In this document: positions 42,600 to 57,438 of the stretch, one piece after another | Layout of the letters: every line of letters starts with the position of its first letter | Numbering within the stretch: the first letter of the stretch is position 1 | Origin: Tubiluchus corallicola | Taxonomy: Eukaryota; Animalia; Priapulida | Direction of reading: 5' to 3' | DNA: 64,000 nt | Assembly (NCBI GenBank): GCA_030141605.1 | Contig: JAQGDQ010000378.1 | Span: 1 to 64,000, forward strand | Made by a program: the position numbers and the translations under genes | The notes under the pieces: model-generated | The model's input: the letters and a program-made list of their open reading frames with translations, nothing else | What the model was told of the DNA's origin: nothing | The model's database searches: none

Positions 42600-43050
42600 C
42601 AAATCATTTGTGTGTACTACGATGAAGTAGTTTATGCAGATGGGGTTACGTTATTTTTGTTACAAGCAAATTTTATTACAGGAAATATTACATTAACTGC
42701 AATAATGAGTGCCGCTTATAGAGAGACAAACTGACGTACTTTTAGCTTAAGTTAGCATTTTTCTTATAAGGAAGTAGCTCATCTAAGCGTTTGTGGTGTA
42801 CTCTGATTAAACAGTTTAAGGATGCAAGAATTATTACAATACATTTATTACCAGCAGGATTTGCCTCAGGACAGAAACAGAGTGAGGTGTTTTTAACTTT
42901 AAGTTGTCATTTCTCTTATAATGTCAAAGGTTCACTATGCATTTGTGGTGTACTACGATTAAGCAGTTTATGGAGATGGACTACTAGAATGACTGCAATG
43001 CATTTATTACCAGCAGGCATTGCCTCAGGAAACTTTAACTGCAGCCATTA
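42600..43050. repeat. Three diverged tandem copies of a ~150-185-bp unit
   Basis: TTTGTG(G)TGTACT..GAT.AA..AGTTTA at ~42607, ~42790 and ~42942; CATTTATTACCAGCAGG..TTGCCTCAGGA occurs twice. Confidence 0.7.
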
Positions 43051-44039
43051 CATATAGGCTGGCTGGTTACACAACAAAAACGGGTCTAGCAAAGTAACAG
43101 ATTAAGACATTAGCATTGCAAGTTTGAATAAATATGCATATAAATCAAAATGAAACGATACTAAGTGTAAAACAAAATATAAACGAATTAAGTTATTAGG
43201 TGAAATAACGAGTTTATAAGGAACACAGAATCGATATTTAGATATTTTTCAAGCACGATTCAACCATCGATTTTTTCGATGTGTTTCTGACCAGTGACCA
43301 CTAAATTTTTCCAGAACATATAAGTTTTGAATTTAAATTCTCAACCACTATATTTTTGTTGTATTAGATGTACTTCGATTACACTATGGAGAAATTTACA
43401 ATAAACAAGCGATAGTTAAATTGTAATTGGAAAATTAGAGTAAATTAGAGTAAGTTACGTACACCAGCACCAAAACACCTTATGAACGATAGTGACAGTG
43501 GTACAAAATGATGCAGCAATCCCTGCAACGACAATGATGACAGCAACAACAACAGCAATAGATATGATTGATCTTTACCATCAACAGATTTGAGCCGTCA
43601 TAATTAAGTGACATAATTAACGTCGTCACGTCGCTATAATGACAACTTATCGCGCATGATTACATTCCAAGTGCAATTAGTTATTTTATGCAACATAAAA
43701 TAGTGGTCCTAATGATGATCCCTGTACAACGCTGCATAATCAGAGTCACTGGGCATATTGTACTAAGCGATACGCATCGCATCAATCAGTGATATGGCTC
43801 TTGTAAGGAGGTTGGTCCCATTAGCGGAATTTAGTTAGCAGCTATTCACTGTTATATAAAGGCAACGGTTAATTAATGTGCTTAGTTGCTGTAATTGGGC
43901 ATAGAAGTTATCATTTTGATGCATTATATGTTACAATGTCTTACATAGAGATCAGCAAGTCAGATTAGCTATGTGATCATGATAAGCACACATTAGCTAA
44001 ACCTGGCTCTTCAGTTACGCAATTATTTGTTTAAAAAGG

Positions 44040-44350
44040 TAGGAGGAATCTTAGTATGTCAACTTGCAAATTCAGCACTTTGATAGTTGTACGAAAAGCT
44101 GTCTATTTTTTTAGAAATCGATTAGAGTACTCTAGTAACATTTTAGTACAATGTATTTTAAATTCTGATATCATCATGAATTCTTATATTTTTAGCAAAT
44201 GGAAAACGATTTTATTTGTAGATGTGCAAGTATAGAGTTGTATTATACTGTAAATCAGTTTTTAAAGTTAGTTTTTAATTGGTGTTTTGTATCCTTGTAT
44301 GTATTTTATGTATTTGTGTTTTACGGACTAGATTCCGAAATAAATAAATA
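44040..44350 (+). mobile_element. LINE 3' fragment (RTE-X-like)
   Basis: Translates roughly RKAVY/FRNRLEYSSNILVQCILNSDIIMNSYIFSKWKTIL; ends TACGGACTAGATTCCGAAATAAA. Confidence 0.65.
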
Positions 44351-44519
44351 CTTCAAATTCAATTTGTTTTTGATGATTTAGGTTTAATCATCAAGACTTT
44401 TTAACAGCATTCATTTTACTTTAAATAAACTTTATTGGGCTCGGATGAACTTTCGGTTAACATTTTTATAACTCAAGCTGGTATTCTCGGGCAGCAAAAC
44501 TCATAAATAAAAACACCCT

Positions 44520-44685
44520 TTTGTGATGGTCTAATCTAAATGGAGCTATTACACAATAGTATGGAATACCAGGTATAAAACCCTCATTTTGGAATGGCCT
44601 CGTCGGTTCAACTGGCTGACGGGCAGGAGCGTATTCTGTCTCAGCACCTGTTCTGTAAGAAAACAAGCACGGAGTACAGTGGGAG
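44520..44685. mobile_element. Internal fragment of the solo-LTR-like family
   Basis: GGCTGACGGGCAGGAGCG...TCAGCACCTG shared with 52933-53259 and, inverted, with 57439-57764. Confidence 0.65.
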
Positions 44686-46145
44686 TCTTTTCAGTTATTT
44701 AAATCTGTGACTTCACTTTGTTATACACATTTCGACATTTTCTGCACAATGACAATTGTCTCTTGACAATTTTAAAAAACATAACGTCATGATTTTAGGA
44801 ACCTTTCTTCAGTTCAATTGATATTTCCACTAAGGTACATTTTTCGTTCTGAAAAAAGTTCCACATATGAATAGAATAACTATAGTGGACGAGCAAGTTA
44901 AGTTTTTGACATTAGCCATAACCGAAAAAAATGACACGTGCAAGAGTCGGGGCTATGCCTGAATTTAACCAAGAATCCCACTACAGGTGCAAAATCGTGT
45001 TCGCAAGACCAGAAAAATGCAGGGAGCTTGATTACATTATCATTTTCTCCCTAATAACAGCAATCGTTTTCACGTAATTGTACTTTGTTTTGATGATCAT
45101 AATTTTGTTGTGTTTTAAATTCGTGTGTCATTTAATGTGATTATGATGCGTGATAAATCATTAACTTATTTTGAATTGAATTACTGTATATGAATTTGAA
45201 CTGATCACATGAACAGTGCTTTGCGACAATGACAAGTTTTACAATGTTAAAAGCTTCGACCATCTATTTCACAATATTGCTAGACACACGCTAAATTATT
45301 TACCAACTAATAAGATTTTTTTGAAATTATATTTGCCTTGACCTATATACTGGCAAGTTATATAATTTAAAAACCAAAAAGCATACAAAGCTAAACTAAA
45401 CGTTCGACATATCTATTTGTGAACTATTAGAAACTTAATCTATTGGCATACATGAAAATCTGTAGGTAATAAACGATGTTTTTTTCCAAAAATGTAGCAA
45501 ATATTCTTACATCTCAATACTGTTTTCATCACTGCAATGACGGAAGTGTTTAATAATATATGAATTATTAATACTGATGACCTTCTGAGTAGGGACGTCA
45601 TTATTAGTAGACCTATCGTAAAAAGGGCACAATGATTAATATTACGCTACCGATTGTTATACTAGTAAATTTACTAGTAAAATATTGAGCGTGTACATGG
45701 ATCCTGTGACATTTTTGTTACTGGTGAACTGTAGTACATATTATTTCGATTCTATTACAAAGGTTCAGTGATCCATTTCTTTGTTTTAAGTTTATGTGCG
45801 TTACTCGAGAAAAATGAAAAACTGAGATTGGAAAATCTGAAAAACTCTTTCTTATATTTACTTGGGAATTTCTCAGCCGTAACGGGAATTTCCAGTACAA
45901 ATATAAACTTTTTTGTCCGCCTTCATAAGGCAGAAACTTCAGGTTCATAAATTTGTTACAAGCAGAAAAAACTGCATATTCACACCTATTTTTTTCGAAA
46001 AATGTTGTTGCGCTTTTGAATTAGTTTGTAAAAAATATGTAGACAATAGTATCATTTATTTATATTGTACTATTTGGTGAAACTAAAGGCCAAAGAAATC
46101 TGCATAAACCCTAAAGGTCATTGAGCCAATATGTGTAAGCATTAA

Positions 46146-46591
46146 AGGGGAAGGAAGTCAATTTTGAAGCATAACACAAAGAATTTTCCGTACATATTTA
46201 TATTGCTTACGTGTTTAAAACACTTATATAATTGGAAAAGAAAATTTTTAATAATTTTGCCACAATCCCAGTGTGCACCACTGAGTCACAAAAAACATAT
46301 TATTGATCTTACTGATAATATAAAGTAATTTAAACCTTTGCCTAGTAGTGAAATGTGTGTTACGAATGCTCTGATTATTTTTCAAACTTTACCCAATGTT
46401 ATCTAAACTTCTTTCAAACAACTACTGTTAAAATGGCTACGTCTAACGGTCATCGCTGGAATTTTAATTTTCAAGTAAATTTTATACATCATTACTGCCA
46501 GCGCAAGCCTTGTATGCAGTGAGATATCATGTGAGTGATATAAAATTTCAAGACCATTTTTAACTTTATTTATCAAAAGTGTTTTTGTGCT
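46146..46591. mobile_element. Second TTAA-flanked non-autonomous element; truncated copy at ~52040-52324
   Basis: TTAA|AGGGG ... TGTGCT|TTAA; ACGAATGC.CTGATTATTTTTT.AAACTTTAC...GTTATCTAAACTT recurs at 52.1 kb with the same GTGCTTTAA end. The left end is tentative. Confidence 0.65.
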
Positions 46592-48430
46592 TTAAGTGGG
46601 CTGAGGAAACGAAATTAGAACTATGTTTATTAAATTGCACGAACGTAAGTAATCTATAGGGCGTACATACGAACAGGTATTAGCACAGGCCCAGGAATCT
46701 CAGTTCCCAAGGGAAATACTCGGGAAAAAGCGGAAATTTACTCAAATGATGGAAAGCAAAAAATATTTAAGCTCGCTATTATCCAGTAGAACACTAACAT
46801 AAAATAACAGTAGCTAACAGTTGAATTGAAGTAAATTAAATTAAACAATTGATTAAGCGAAAATACTAAATTTATTATCTTAAATTGAAACAAGTGAATA
46901 AATATTGTTGCCAGTAATAAAACGATTTCAAATGGAAAAACCAAAACACTTTAATTTAATTATAGAAACAGTATCCTAACAAATCCAAATAAGGGCATTC
47001 ACGAAGTTACCTTTATAACACGGTAATATTCGACAGTATCCGTACTTTAGAATGGATCTAATATTATACGCAAATCTAATATTACATGTATAAATATTTC
47101 TCGCAACTGTTTTTGTAAGTGTATATTATAGTTATTTATCCTTAACGTTTTATTATGTAAAACAACGAATTGATGGAAATGACTTAAAAATCATTGGGCC
47201 TCAATGTTTTATATCGGTTCAACTATTCATTAATATTCTATAAGAACAAATAAAACTCTAGTAAACAAAAATAAACAAAAAAATTCATTGTACTTTGTAA
47301 TATTACAAGAACAAAATTTAGTCTCTAACATTCGTTTTATGTCTTAATACATGGGTGATTTAATCGCAAAATCACAGAAATATTAAATTAATAATATCTT
47401 GTCTTGCTATCTAAATTGTTTATAATACTGTTAGATAGTAAATATAATTGTATACAAAGGAGCAAGTGTGTTTTACTTATTGATGTATTACTATTAGTAT
47501 AATAATTATTATTATTACAAATACTTTAATCTACCCCATAATCTAAGGTAATTTAACTCGTTAAGTAAGATCGCAAATTAATATTAAACTTAGTTCTGAA
47601 AGTTAAAAGTAGTACAGTATGTTTAAAACTTTTATATCATAAAAAGTACGTAATTGTTACACCATAATAAATTACAAATTATTTTTAATTTGCAGTAAAT
47701 TTCGCGTCTATTCAAGCTCCATAAATTGGTTGCAAAATATGAATCATCGACGTCACGCGTGCACTCAAAGCATTACACCTTTTATACCTGCCCCGCGAGT
47801 CAACGATTTATTTTTCTTAATGCATTTTTAAAGCTTATATGCCAATAATGACTTCTTTTATTATCAAATCTCCAGCAAATCGTGTAATTTTTAGATTATT
47901 CAATTTACGCAAGAGCGATAAACTGTTTTTCCCATTCCCACCTCTGGCGTATTTAACTCTTTGACTAGTACGCCTCGCTCGCCCTAATGCATATATTTCC
48001 GCCTGCACACCTATCGGCTAATACCATAAAATTATCTTCTGTTTTATTTTGCTCGCTTGGTTGAATCCGGTCGGGCGGCGTGCGACCGACAAACGGCAAA
48101 GACCATCACGAACCCCCTTCAAAAATTCGAAATATCTGAAAGGACGAGAAAGGAAGGAACAGCATTAATGAAAAAGTTTCTTTTGGTGGCAGGAATGTTA
48201 GGCAGGAAAGAGCGTACTGTCGTGCATTTCCCGGCTACGTTCCGGGATTCCCGGATAACGCCTCCCGGTCCGGATTACCGGCGTTTCCTCTCCGCATTTC
48301 CCGCCTGCGAAACCGAGTTTGCAGAATTTGCATACGCAAAGGTTTGCTGGCGAGAGTCGATAATTACTCGTCAACTCTTTCACGCCTAAAATCATCAAGC
48401 AGAGAATGAGAAATAAAAGAAATTTGTTAC

Positions 48431-49170
48431 CTGTAACGCCTGTTGCTCCAAGAAGCCAAGAGAAGCTCGTCCGTATGCGAGCCCGGAACGCACATGTATG
48501 GCCAGTATCTCTGACAGACTCTCATCAATAATGTATTAGTATGGTGATGTGCACAATGACTCGGGGTAGGAGAGACCACGGGTGGTGTGTGCACTTACTT
48601 AACATTTGGGTTCGTAATAGCGCCATTGGAACGGTAATTAGAGCTGCTGTGTGGGAAGACGTAGGTGGTTGCAAGAGATGCGGAGGAAGTATGCTTTCTA
48701 AATGGAATAAATAACTAGACAGTGAAAAAATGTATTCATGTTTTGCAAAATTGGACAATTGTATAAAATCATAACGGATTATGCTGTCCATTGGTCGCGT
48801 TGAAGCATTGTTTGACCCTTTCTTGCGGTAAAGTGTAAAACAAAACAATAATCGTTCCATTCATCATCAACTGTTTATCGTAAGCATATGATCATAAATA
48901 TTTAATTTTGTAATAGTAATTAATTGTTTCACGAACTTTAAACCCGCTATTTCAGTTCTCACTCTCACGAAGTCGGTTTCGCTGAGACACGTGACAATAT
49001 AATAAAAAAAAATCTATAATTTCCATATCTATAATTGTGGTAATGCCAAAGTAAGTGTTACCATTGGTTTAATGGAGTGGAGTTGCCAAAATTGTTGAAC
49101 AAATTCGACTCAAACTATTGGTCTGACGTCTGACCGTGGATTACAAACGACGTCAGTGCCGCCGCCTTGC
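48431..49170 (-). promoter_or_regulatory. Candidate non-coding first exon and promoter of the minus-strand gene
   Basis: Donor TACAG|GTAACA with exon end at 48431; CpG-rich 47.9-48.7 kb; three minus-strand CCAAT (ATTGG at ~48625, ~48791, ~49064); TGACGTC CRE-like sites at ~49124 and ~49150. Confidence 0.4.
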
Positions 49171-52100
49171 ATTTAAGGTAGCAAATCGAAAATTTAACCA
49201 GTTTTAGGCTTTTTTCAAAAATGTCATCACCCAGCAACAAGGATAGCATCCAGATGTGTAGCAATTTGTACTCGAATCCGCGATCATAATTAGCTGCATA
49301 TCTATTTGTCTTTCTTGTCATTAATTAAAAATAATACGATCTCAGTCAAAAGATGAATATATGCATATGTAGTGTCATGGCCAGGAAAAGACAATGTTTG
49401 AAAATGACACATAAACTAAGTATAGAAATAAGTGAAATATAAAAAGAAATAAATCATTTCTAAAATACTAAATTCAGGTTTGCATTTGCGTGTTGCAATA
49501 TCCAAAAAATTATAGTTTTCTGAACTGCCATACAAAGTCCATCTAACTACTTTCTCCCTTCACCGAAATACATTTCGTTAAAATCTTTGCTCTTGGTTTG
49601 GTTGTTATAAATGTCTACAGGGAGTTGTATGAATATGAAACGTGATACTACGATGTAAAAATAATTGTGTTTCCGTATTTCTATCTTTGTTTAAAAAATT
49701 AAGAAAATAACAACTGCAGCAAATTCTACTACACTGACGCATGTATGTAGTCATGATCAGTTCAAACTAAGCATAGAAAAGAATTTTATTGTTTTACTGC
49801 AGCAGTAAACCAGTCGAGAGTCGATGCTTGTAGAGATATACGCTGCACCCATTATTAGTTGAAAGTTCCTTGCTTTGACAGGTTCAGCTTACATAAAGCG
49901 TTTTTCGTGATACATTTAAATGTTTTGCAGCATTATTTAGGGGAACAGGAATCCGTATAAGGTACATATTTATAGGACATGAGACATTTTTACCGACGTG
50001 GCGCAGCTAGGACTGTGTTGGATGATACCATAATTACTGTGTTACCTTGTTCATATCAGCGTTCATATCATCATATCATATATGCATCAAAATGATTAAC
50101 CGAAATTGTGAAGTTAAGTTCATTGCTTATACTGAAACAAAGGGAATAAATTACTGATTTCATTCTGTATAAATTATTTTTACATTTAAAACGCTTTTGC
50201 AGCATTTGCAACTATACTACCCACTACCCGTCGAGAGTTGAATTTGCTATATAACTGCATGGCACTCACCATTAGCTTGACTGCAAATACAGATTTGCCG
50301 CCATTGTTTACTTACGATAGGGTTTCGAAATAAAGCATTTTATTACTTACTTAATCGGCATGTATGACAAGTCTATCATGGTTTTTGTGTGAGTTTTTCA
50401 CGTATTCAATATGAAATGGTTTCTATTGAGTTTATTATGCAAGCTGTACATATGCAGCAAATTTGCGGCGTTCATCAAGGTGCTAATTTGCGAGCAGTGT
50501 TATGAAATTTATAAAATGTATAATTAGAATTTCTTGTCTGTGAAACTTACAATTGCCTGCACTGTACAAACCAATTAAATCATGTTATTAAGCTCGCCCC
50601 TCTAATACTACGCAACAATAACGAGTTAGCTTAAAAATCCTGGTTTTGTTAGCAGGTCGAGTAGAGAAAGATTTACATATAAATTATCTGAATGCAAATT
50701 CCGCTATGGTTAGAAGCAAATTAAAAGATTAGAACCAAGTTAGGAAGGTCTTTCCTGAAGGATCATTCGAGATTTAAACCAGGCAGAAAATGTGCTTTAC
50801 ATTTCTTGCTGAACTCGAAATGAGTGTGTACCTTTTCTGACGTAACTTGTCACTTGCTGGTAGGAAGTATTGCTGGCTTCCAGCTTGTTGGTGAGCCCTA
50901 AACTTAGCATTAAAAAAAAAGTTGCATTTTACGAAGTTCATTCTGTTTGGATCTATAAATTTTCGGGAAAGTTTAAAACAGCTAAAGTAGAGCCCTCTGT
51001 AATCGATCATTTGCGATGACAATAAAAGAATTTCAAATTTGTGAAACAAAAAAATTACACTGTAGAAGGCTAAATAAATCAGCCTTTTCATTTCGTTGCG
51101 TTCAGACTACAGTGTTTTCTCTCGCAAGTTATTACAGACAGGCATTATTCTTTGCAAGAACTCCCAGAGAGAACTTGCGAGAGAAAACTTTCAAGTCTGA
51201 ACGCGCCGTTGTCAAAGCCACAGTTACAAAACTGCCTTCTTGTAGACTGGGAATGAGATCGAATGTTTGAGTGGTTGAGCCAAAGTACATGAAGAACACA
51301 AATAAATAAAAATCACACAAAAACAAAAAAGACCAAAAAAGTACTTAAACACACAAAAACGGCCAACTAATTAGCTTACAACAACAACGTTTTTAATCTT
51401 CTTGCTCGTCCCTTTTCCTTTCTTCTAACTTCTTTCGTTTCACCAGATTCTCTTCAACTTACTAGAGGACGACGGTAACAGATATTTTCTCAAACGTCTT
51501 TCAAACAACTGTCTTTTCCTGCAATGTAAATAAATTTTCATGATGATTTTGACCACATTGACCACCAGTTGCGCATGATTAAAAACTAAAACCATTAAAC
51601 CAGTTACAATGGGCAAGGCGAATAATTTGAGAAGCCATTCTTTTCAATTTAAATAATTTTCAAGAATTTGAGTAAATAATGATCATTTTATTATAGTTAA
51701 CTTGATGAATTTGAACGTTTTAGTTTTTAGAATTATGCCTACTAGAACTGAGTAGTTTTATTCTAAATAACACTCAAGCTGGACAAATTTATTTAAATAA
51801 CAACTTGGAACTCATAAATAGAGTAATTTGGTATGAACAACCGTCGACTAGGAACCTTGCTCTCATGCAGAGAAGTTTAATATTAAAACGATAACGTTTG
51901 ACAGTTATACTCATTAATTATGAGTAACAGAAGTCGAGAGTGAAGAGCTTGATACTCAAACTGAGTACTTCAATACTCAATATGAGCAAATCTGTTATAA
52001 AGTACTCAATGGAAATTCCTAGGTGCTAATAATAGGTGCTCACCAAAAAAACACGTATTTGATCTTATTACAAACATCATATATAACTTTTGCTTAGTTT

Positions 52101-52932
52101 GAGAAGAGTGTGCTACGAATGCCCTGATTATTTTTTTAAACTTTACGCAAAGTTATCTAAACTTGTTTCAAACGATCTACCATTAAAATGGCTGCGCTTG
52201 ATGGTTATCGCGGGCGTTACTGTGCACGCAAGCCCTGCATGCAAAAAGGCAATAAGTAAGTGGTATAAAATTTCAATACGAATTTTAAGCTTAATTTTTG
52301 AAGAGTGCTTTCGTGTGCTTTAAAAAGACTAACTTTTCTTGATCAGAGCCAGAGCCTAAAGCTTAGTGTACTGCTTATTGAACTTAATTCGCTCCGTTAT
52401 CCATTTCGACGCGCTGTAGAGCAAGCATCCAGCAATCACTTGCATGCCCAGCTTAATATAAACGGTTGTGGTAGGATCGAAACTTATCTTATTATCAATG
52501 CTAAATTTTTAAGATGAAGCACTGGACTGACAGAAATGCTTAGCCTCCTTCAATAAGAAAAAAAGCCAGGATGTACGAGAAAAGTTTTCACAGTGGTCAT
52601 CCATCTATTTACTGACTTGATGTTGCTTAATTTTTGCCCAATTTGCTTGCTTTGTGGAATTGCTCAAGTAATTCGTTTTATACTTGAGAGTAACTTCTTC
52701 TTTGATTGCTATTCTAGGCTTAAATATTGAACAATGATAAAACCAGAATTAATAAACCTAATTACGTAATCAATAATTAACCTAACGATTAATTAACTGA
52801 AAGAGGAAGAGACTGAACAATTGCGAGTCAGCCAGGAATCGAACCCTGAACCATGTTGTATCACGCTGTCCCTCTATATCTGTACGACTGCGTATCAATC
52901 AGAGCCACTTACTTACAGTAACGTGAAAGTAC

Positions 52933-53259
52933 TGTTACGGGGGCTAAATGCCGTTTATTTTCGACCCCATCCCCCCTCTACATTGTGATGGTTCGATCCA
53001 TGACGAAGCCATTGCATATCAGCGTTGCATAGCAGCTTTAAGTAGCTGGTATGGAATGACCGCGTCTGTTCAGTGGGCTGACGGGCAGGTGCGTTTTTCG
53101 CCTCAGCACCTGCTCCGTAATGACAACCGGCATGGAGCACAATGGATAAGATATCGGCCGTGTTACTTGATTCTATAATTTTACTTTTACTACTGTTTTG
53201 CTGTTTTTTCACGACTATGCTATGGCGGAGCGTATCAGCACCGTTCGCTCAACGCTACA
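52933..53259. mobile_element. Solo-LTR-like element (TG...CA, ~327 bp)
   Basis: TGTTACG...CGCTACA with flanks GTAC/GTAT; co-terminal inverted homolog at 57439-57764. Confidence 0.65.
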
Positions 53260-54814
53260 GTATTATATCCCTGATTATATCAAACTGTATTCATTTCAAC
53301 TGTTTTTCCCTACATAATGTCTCTCAGATAAATTATCATTTTTCCTTTGCCTTTACTCTCACTTCTCACACATGGCACTGCACCAGAAGCGTTTTCTGTT
53401 GTGCAAGAGAAAGCAAAAATAACGCTGAGCTTTTCCAAGACAGAAGTACAAAACGTATTATTAAATGTTAATAGCTCTGCTGTAAACGTAATTAAGAAAC
53501 CCTGCAATTAAAATTCGATGCAATTAGAACATCAAAATGCCTCATCACATTTCATGTTAGAGCATTCGATAATTAAAAATGTTAATTACTAATTTGTGAT
53601 TAACTGACACAGCGCTGCCTATAATATTTTTTGCAAAATGTCCGTTAGATCAGCTGCGCAATTAAAGTTTCCCATTCGTATTTTGCTTCGCCATGCAGCA
53701 CCCCCCCCCCCCCCACAGGATCTGACTATATACAATACACAACAATACGTCTCTGCAAACTGTAATTGCTCCTGCATAATAGTCGTGTAGCAGAGTTACG
53801 AGCCGACGAAAGTAATGATGACGATGATGAAAAACAAGGATAGCAATGATAATATAAATCTCCATGGGTTCATAAGCTGGGGGGGGGGAGAATGTAAATC
53901 GAGGCATATCGCTGTTATTAGTTGACAGGTCCTATGAGAGGGTGGTCCAGTCGGTATTTTGTTCCGCGGCTAAGAAGGACCCACAGCAACCATGCAATGC
54001 CATCCCCCCTTAAAACAATCACTTTCTACTAGCTCCGCCCAATATACACTTACATTCACATACTCACACATCACTATACTTATCACTCTTACTTCTTTTT
54101 ATTAGTATTTATTAATAATTATTGTAGACCTATTTGTATAGATATACGGTGAATGTAAATATGATTTATGCTGCTGGATTAAAGAAATATGTTTGTTATA
54201 TCATGTTAAATCTGATCATGGAAATAAAGCATTTATGACACTTTACATGCAGCTATATCGGACAGTGGACATCAAATCCTCAATTTCGAGACTCTCTGCT
54301 TGCCTCCGGGTGCCAAGGGGTCTTGTGCCGCTTTGCAAAACTTCTCTTGGAAGCCCTGTGGGTTGGAAGAGTGATATTTGCAGAAACGTCTACAAGTTTG
54401 TCATCAATCTAAACTCATGGATATAGCTTGCCATTTTGCTCGTAGTAATTCAGGAAAGTACATTAGAATTAATCACGCACGGTAACAAGCCTCGTAATAT
54501 GGCAGTAAAGTTCTACCGCTTCCGAGTACAGGCATGGTGATATAATGCTTCCTTCCTTCCTTCCTCCTCTAGTAGAGCGACGCATGCGCAGACGCCATCG
54601 CTGTTTGCTAGTGCATTATCTACAAGGTGTTTTGCGGGGAGAGCATGAAAAAGCCCTGATTATGGTCACTTAGTGCGTTTGTTCAAAGGTCAGTCCTTTC
54701 AGCTAGCACAACTATAGTCACAGGTGTGCAGCAGGAGTTCCATCAGAAGTCTCCTTGTAGTATTTTTGGAAGTTGGCGAAGGAGTCAAAATTCAGTTTAA
54801 GTTTAAGTTTATAC

Positions 54815-55800
54815 TTAATACATGTCTCTAAAGCTAGTAGTCTTGCTGTTAGGGCAGAACTTGGAGTATACCCAGTTCATATATATTTATAATTAAATTA
54901 ATGATGAAATTTCTGGTTGCTTATATTAGAAATGCCTGAAGATAGTTTAGTACATAGTGCTTATTTGATGTCTTTTCTTGGATATGAATGATAACTTGGG
55001 TTAATATGTATTAGGAAAATATTATGTGAACTTGGCTTTACCCATGTTTGGGAGAACGGATGTATTTTCAGCAAAACTAAGCTAATTCACTCAATCGAAA
55101 AGAAATTGTGCAGTAATTATAATAGCTATTTTGTAAATGCTACCCATAATGACAACCCAAAATGGCTCTAATAAACTAAGGACGTATAAATTGTTCAAAT
55201 CTGAGTATAAACTCGAAAACCATATTTTGATTAGTGGAGTTCCTGGAGCACATAAGGAAACCTACAGAAAATTTCGTGTTAGCGCGCATAGATTACAAAT
55301 TGACGCTGGTCGATATACCAGACCTAAAACACTTGCTGATATGAGAAAATGTACTTTGTGAAAGAATTGGAGCATGGAAGATGAGTATTTCACTTTAGTA
55401 TGCAATGCAATGCAATGCTTATTGTTAAGAAAGGCCTGCGTTCTTAAATCCAATATGAGATATTTTTCTAGAATTCTCATCCATGTGTGATATTGATAAG
55501 TTTATATTTTCAACAAAAGTGGAAATGTGGAAGTCAAGAATTTGTTGATTAACTGTGTGCATAAAATACGTGATTCTTAATTAAGAGGTATGAATCAATT
55601 TTGCTAAGAATTGATGCATTTAATCAGCACTGTGATATATATGTAGATGCATTTTTTATAAATAATGGTATTTTATAATCAACTTCGCTTAAAAATAGCC
55701 CTGTAGTTGTAGGGACATGTACCTGTGCGCGTTGTTTATTTAAGTGCGTGATTTCTTAATTGTACTTGTATTTTTGTTTGTAAAATGAAATGTTTATATT
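54815..55800 (+). mobile_element. Decayed LINE ORF2 C-terminal region and 3' UTR (RTE-X-like)
   Basis: RAELGVYP; SNKLRTYKLFKSEYKLE; KFRVSAHRLQIDAGRY; RKCTL..EDEY..LVC (Cys/His-type tail); multiple stops and frameshifts. Confidence 0.85.
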
Positions 55801-55947
55801 ATATATATTATATTATATACTTATATATATATATATATATACTTATATAATATATAACTATACTTATATATATACTTATATAATATATAAGTATACTTAT
55901 ATATATACTTATATAATATACTTATATATATATATATATATAATATA
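55795..55947. repeat. (TA)n-rich tract
   Basis: Directly visible. Confidence 0.92.
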
Positions 55948-57438
55948 CGTCAAATAAATACATCATAGATACAACATAAATGCGTCATAGATACACTGCT
56001 GCTGTAGTAGTAATACTCTACAGAGTCTGCAATCTACTAATAGTGAAGAGATGTGACGGTGGCGACAGTGGTGGTGATAGTACCTCAAAAAAGTACCCCA
56101 ATCTGCTGATTGGCAGTGTATTGGTGGTTGTCACTGTCAAGCAATTTAATTTAGCCTTGTAGAATTTTTTGTTTTTGCATTTGCAGAATTTGTGTTTGAA
56201 ATGAAGCCAGTCTAAGTCACGTGACGTAAGTGTAAGTTTAGTAGTATACGCCACTTATCAAGCACACGCTTTATTTTATACCTAGTTAAATTTTCTGTTC
56301 ATTGATACTTGAATAATGCCTTTTTGTGAGACTTGAATTGAATTTCTTGATCTTTGTTATAATTTAATAGTCATTAGTCGTATTGTCAAGCCAAAGTTGT
56401 CACCAGTAAATGTAGTCTACTTTAATAATTGGTCAATAATTTAAAATCGTCAGACATTGTTTCAAGTTTCTGGAATCATAAACTAATCATTTGTTTCAGT
56501 ATTCCTAAAATATAAATTTTCACTTTGTCTAAACAGTAATTAATTTTTAGGAGGCTTTTAAGCACTTTTTGTGATCTGTTATTTTAATAAATTGCAAGTC
56601 TATTGCACAGTTCAATGCTGATTTTTGCCGTTAATTTGCCTGGACTGGGCGCATCCACGGGTGCCTTATAGTAATAGCAACTCGGATTCAGATTCCTTCA
56701 GATTGCTTGATTGTCTGTCTGTTTTTACTCTTTTGTTCGTTTCTTACTTAGTTGTTGTTAGTTTAGTAGTATTTAATTATTTATAGTAGATTAACAAAAC
56801 ATTATGCATCTGATACAGGTATCTCCACAGTGAAAGTGCAAATAAAAGAATCATAGGCATCGCAACTAATACTACGCTCGATTTTATAACAGGATCGATC
56901 AGTTACAATCAGCAGATGGTGATGAAACTTACACACATGAACAGTAAAAAGGCGTCAATTTAATAATAACAGTAGTAATGAAAATACGTTTACAAAGTAA
57001 GTTGGCTAGTTAATCGTCTAACAGTATATTGCAGTAAAGCAAAAGGTTGATATAACCAACTGCTGTAATAAGCTATGGACTTAACAAAGCACGATTATGA
57101 CCAGTTTGTAAAATACGACAGGATTCTAATTTTGCAAAAGTTCACGCGTTACAATCTGGTGGTCGCGTAAGTCGTCTAATAATGCCGTTCTAGCTCTTAT
57201 TATATTTTACGCATTCGAAAAGGAAATGGTAAGAAGTTCCTATAAAATTACCGCAGCTACATTTTTTGTCGTCAATTAAGTTTCTACTAAAAAGGTCACC
57301 TTCTAACTGGTAAAAATTTGTTGTCTGTTTGTTTGTTATTTGTATATTTTTCATTTGTTGTATGCGTTTTTTACGTTTATTTTTGCTTGTTTACTCTTTT
57401 GTTCGCCGACTCTTTCATTGACTATAAACTCCGCATAT

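Noticed and set aside
48057-48398. 110-aa and 66-aa ORFs in a GC-rich patch
   Set aside because: No recognisable motifs or clear splice pairing; better explained as promoter-proximal CpG-rich sequence.
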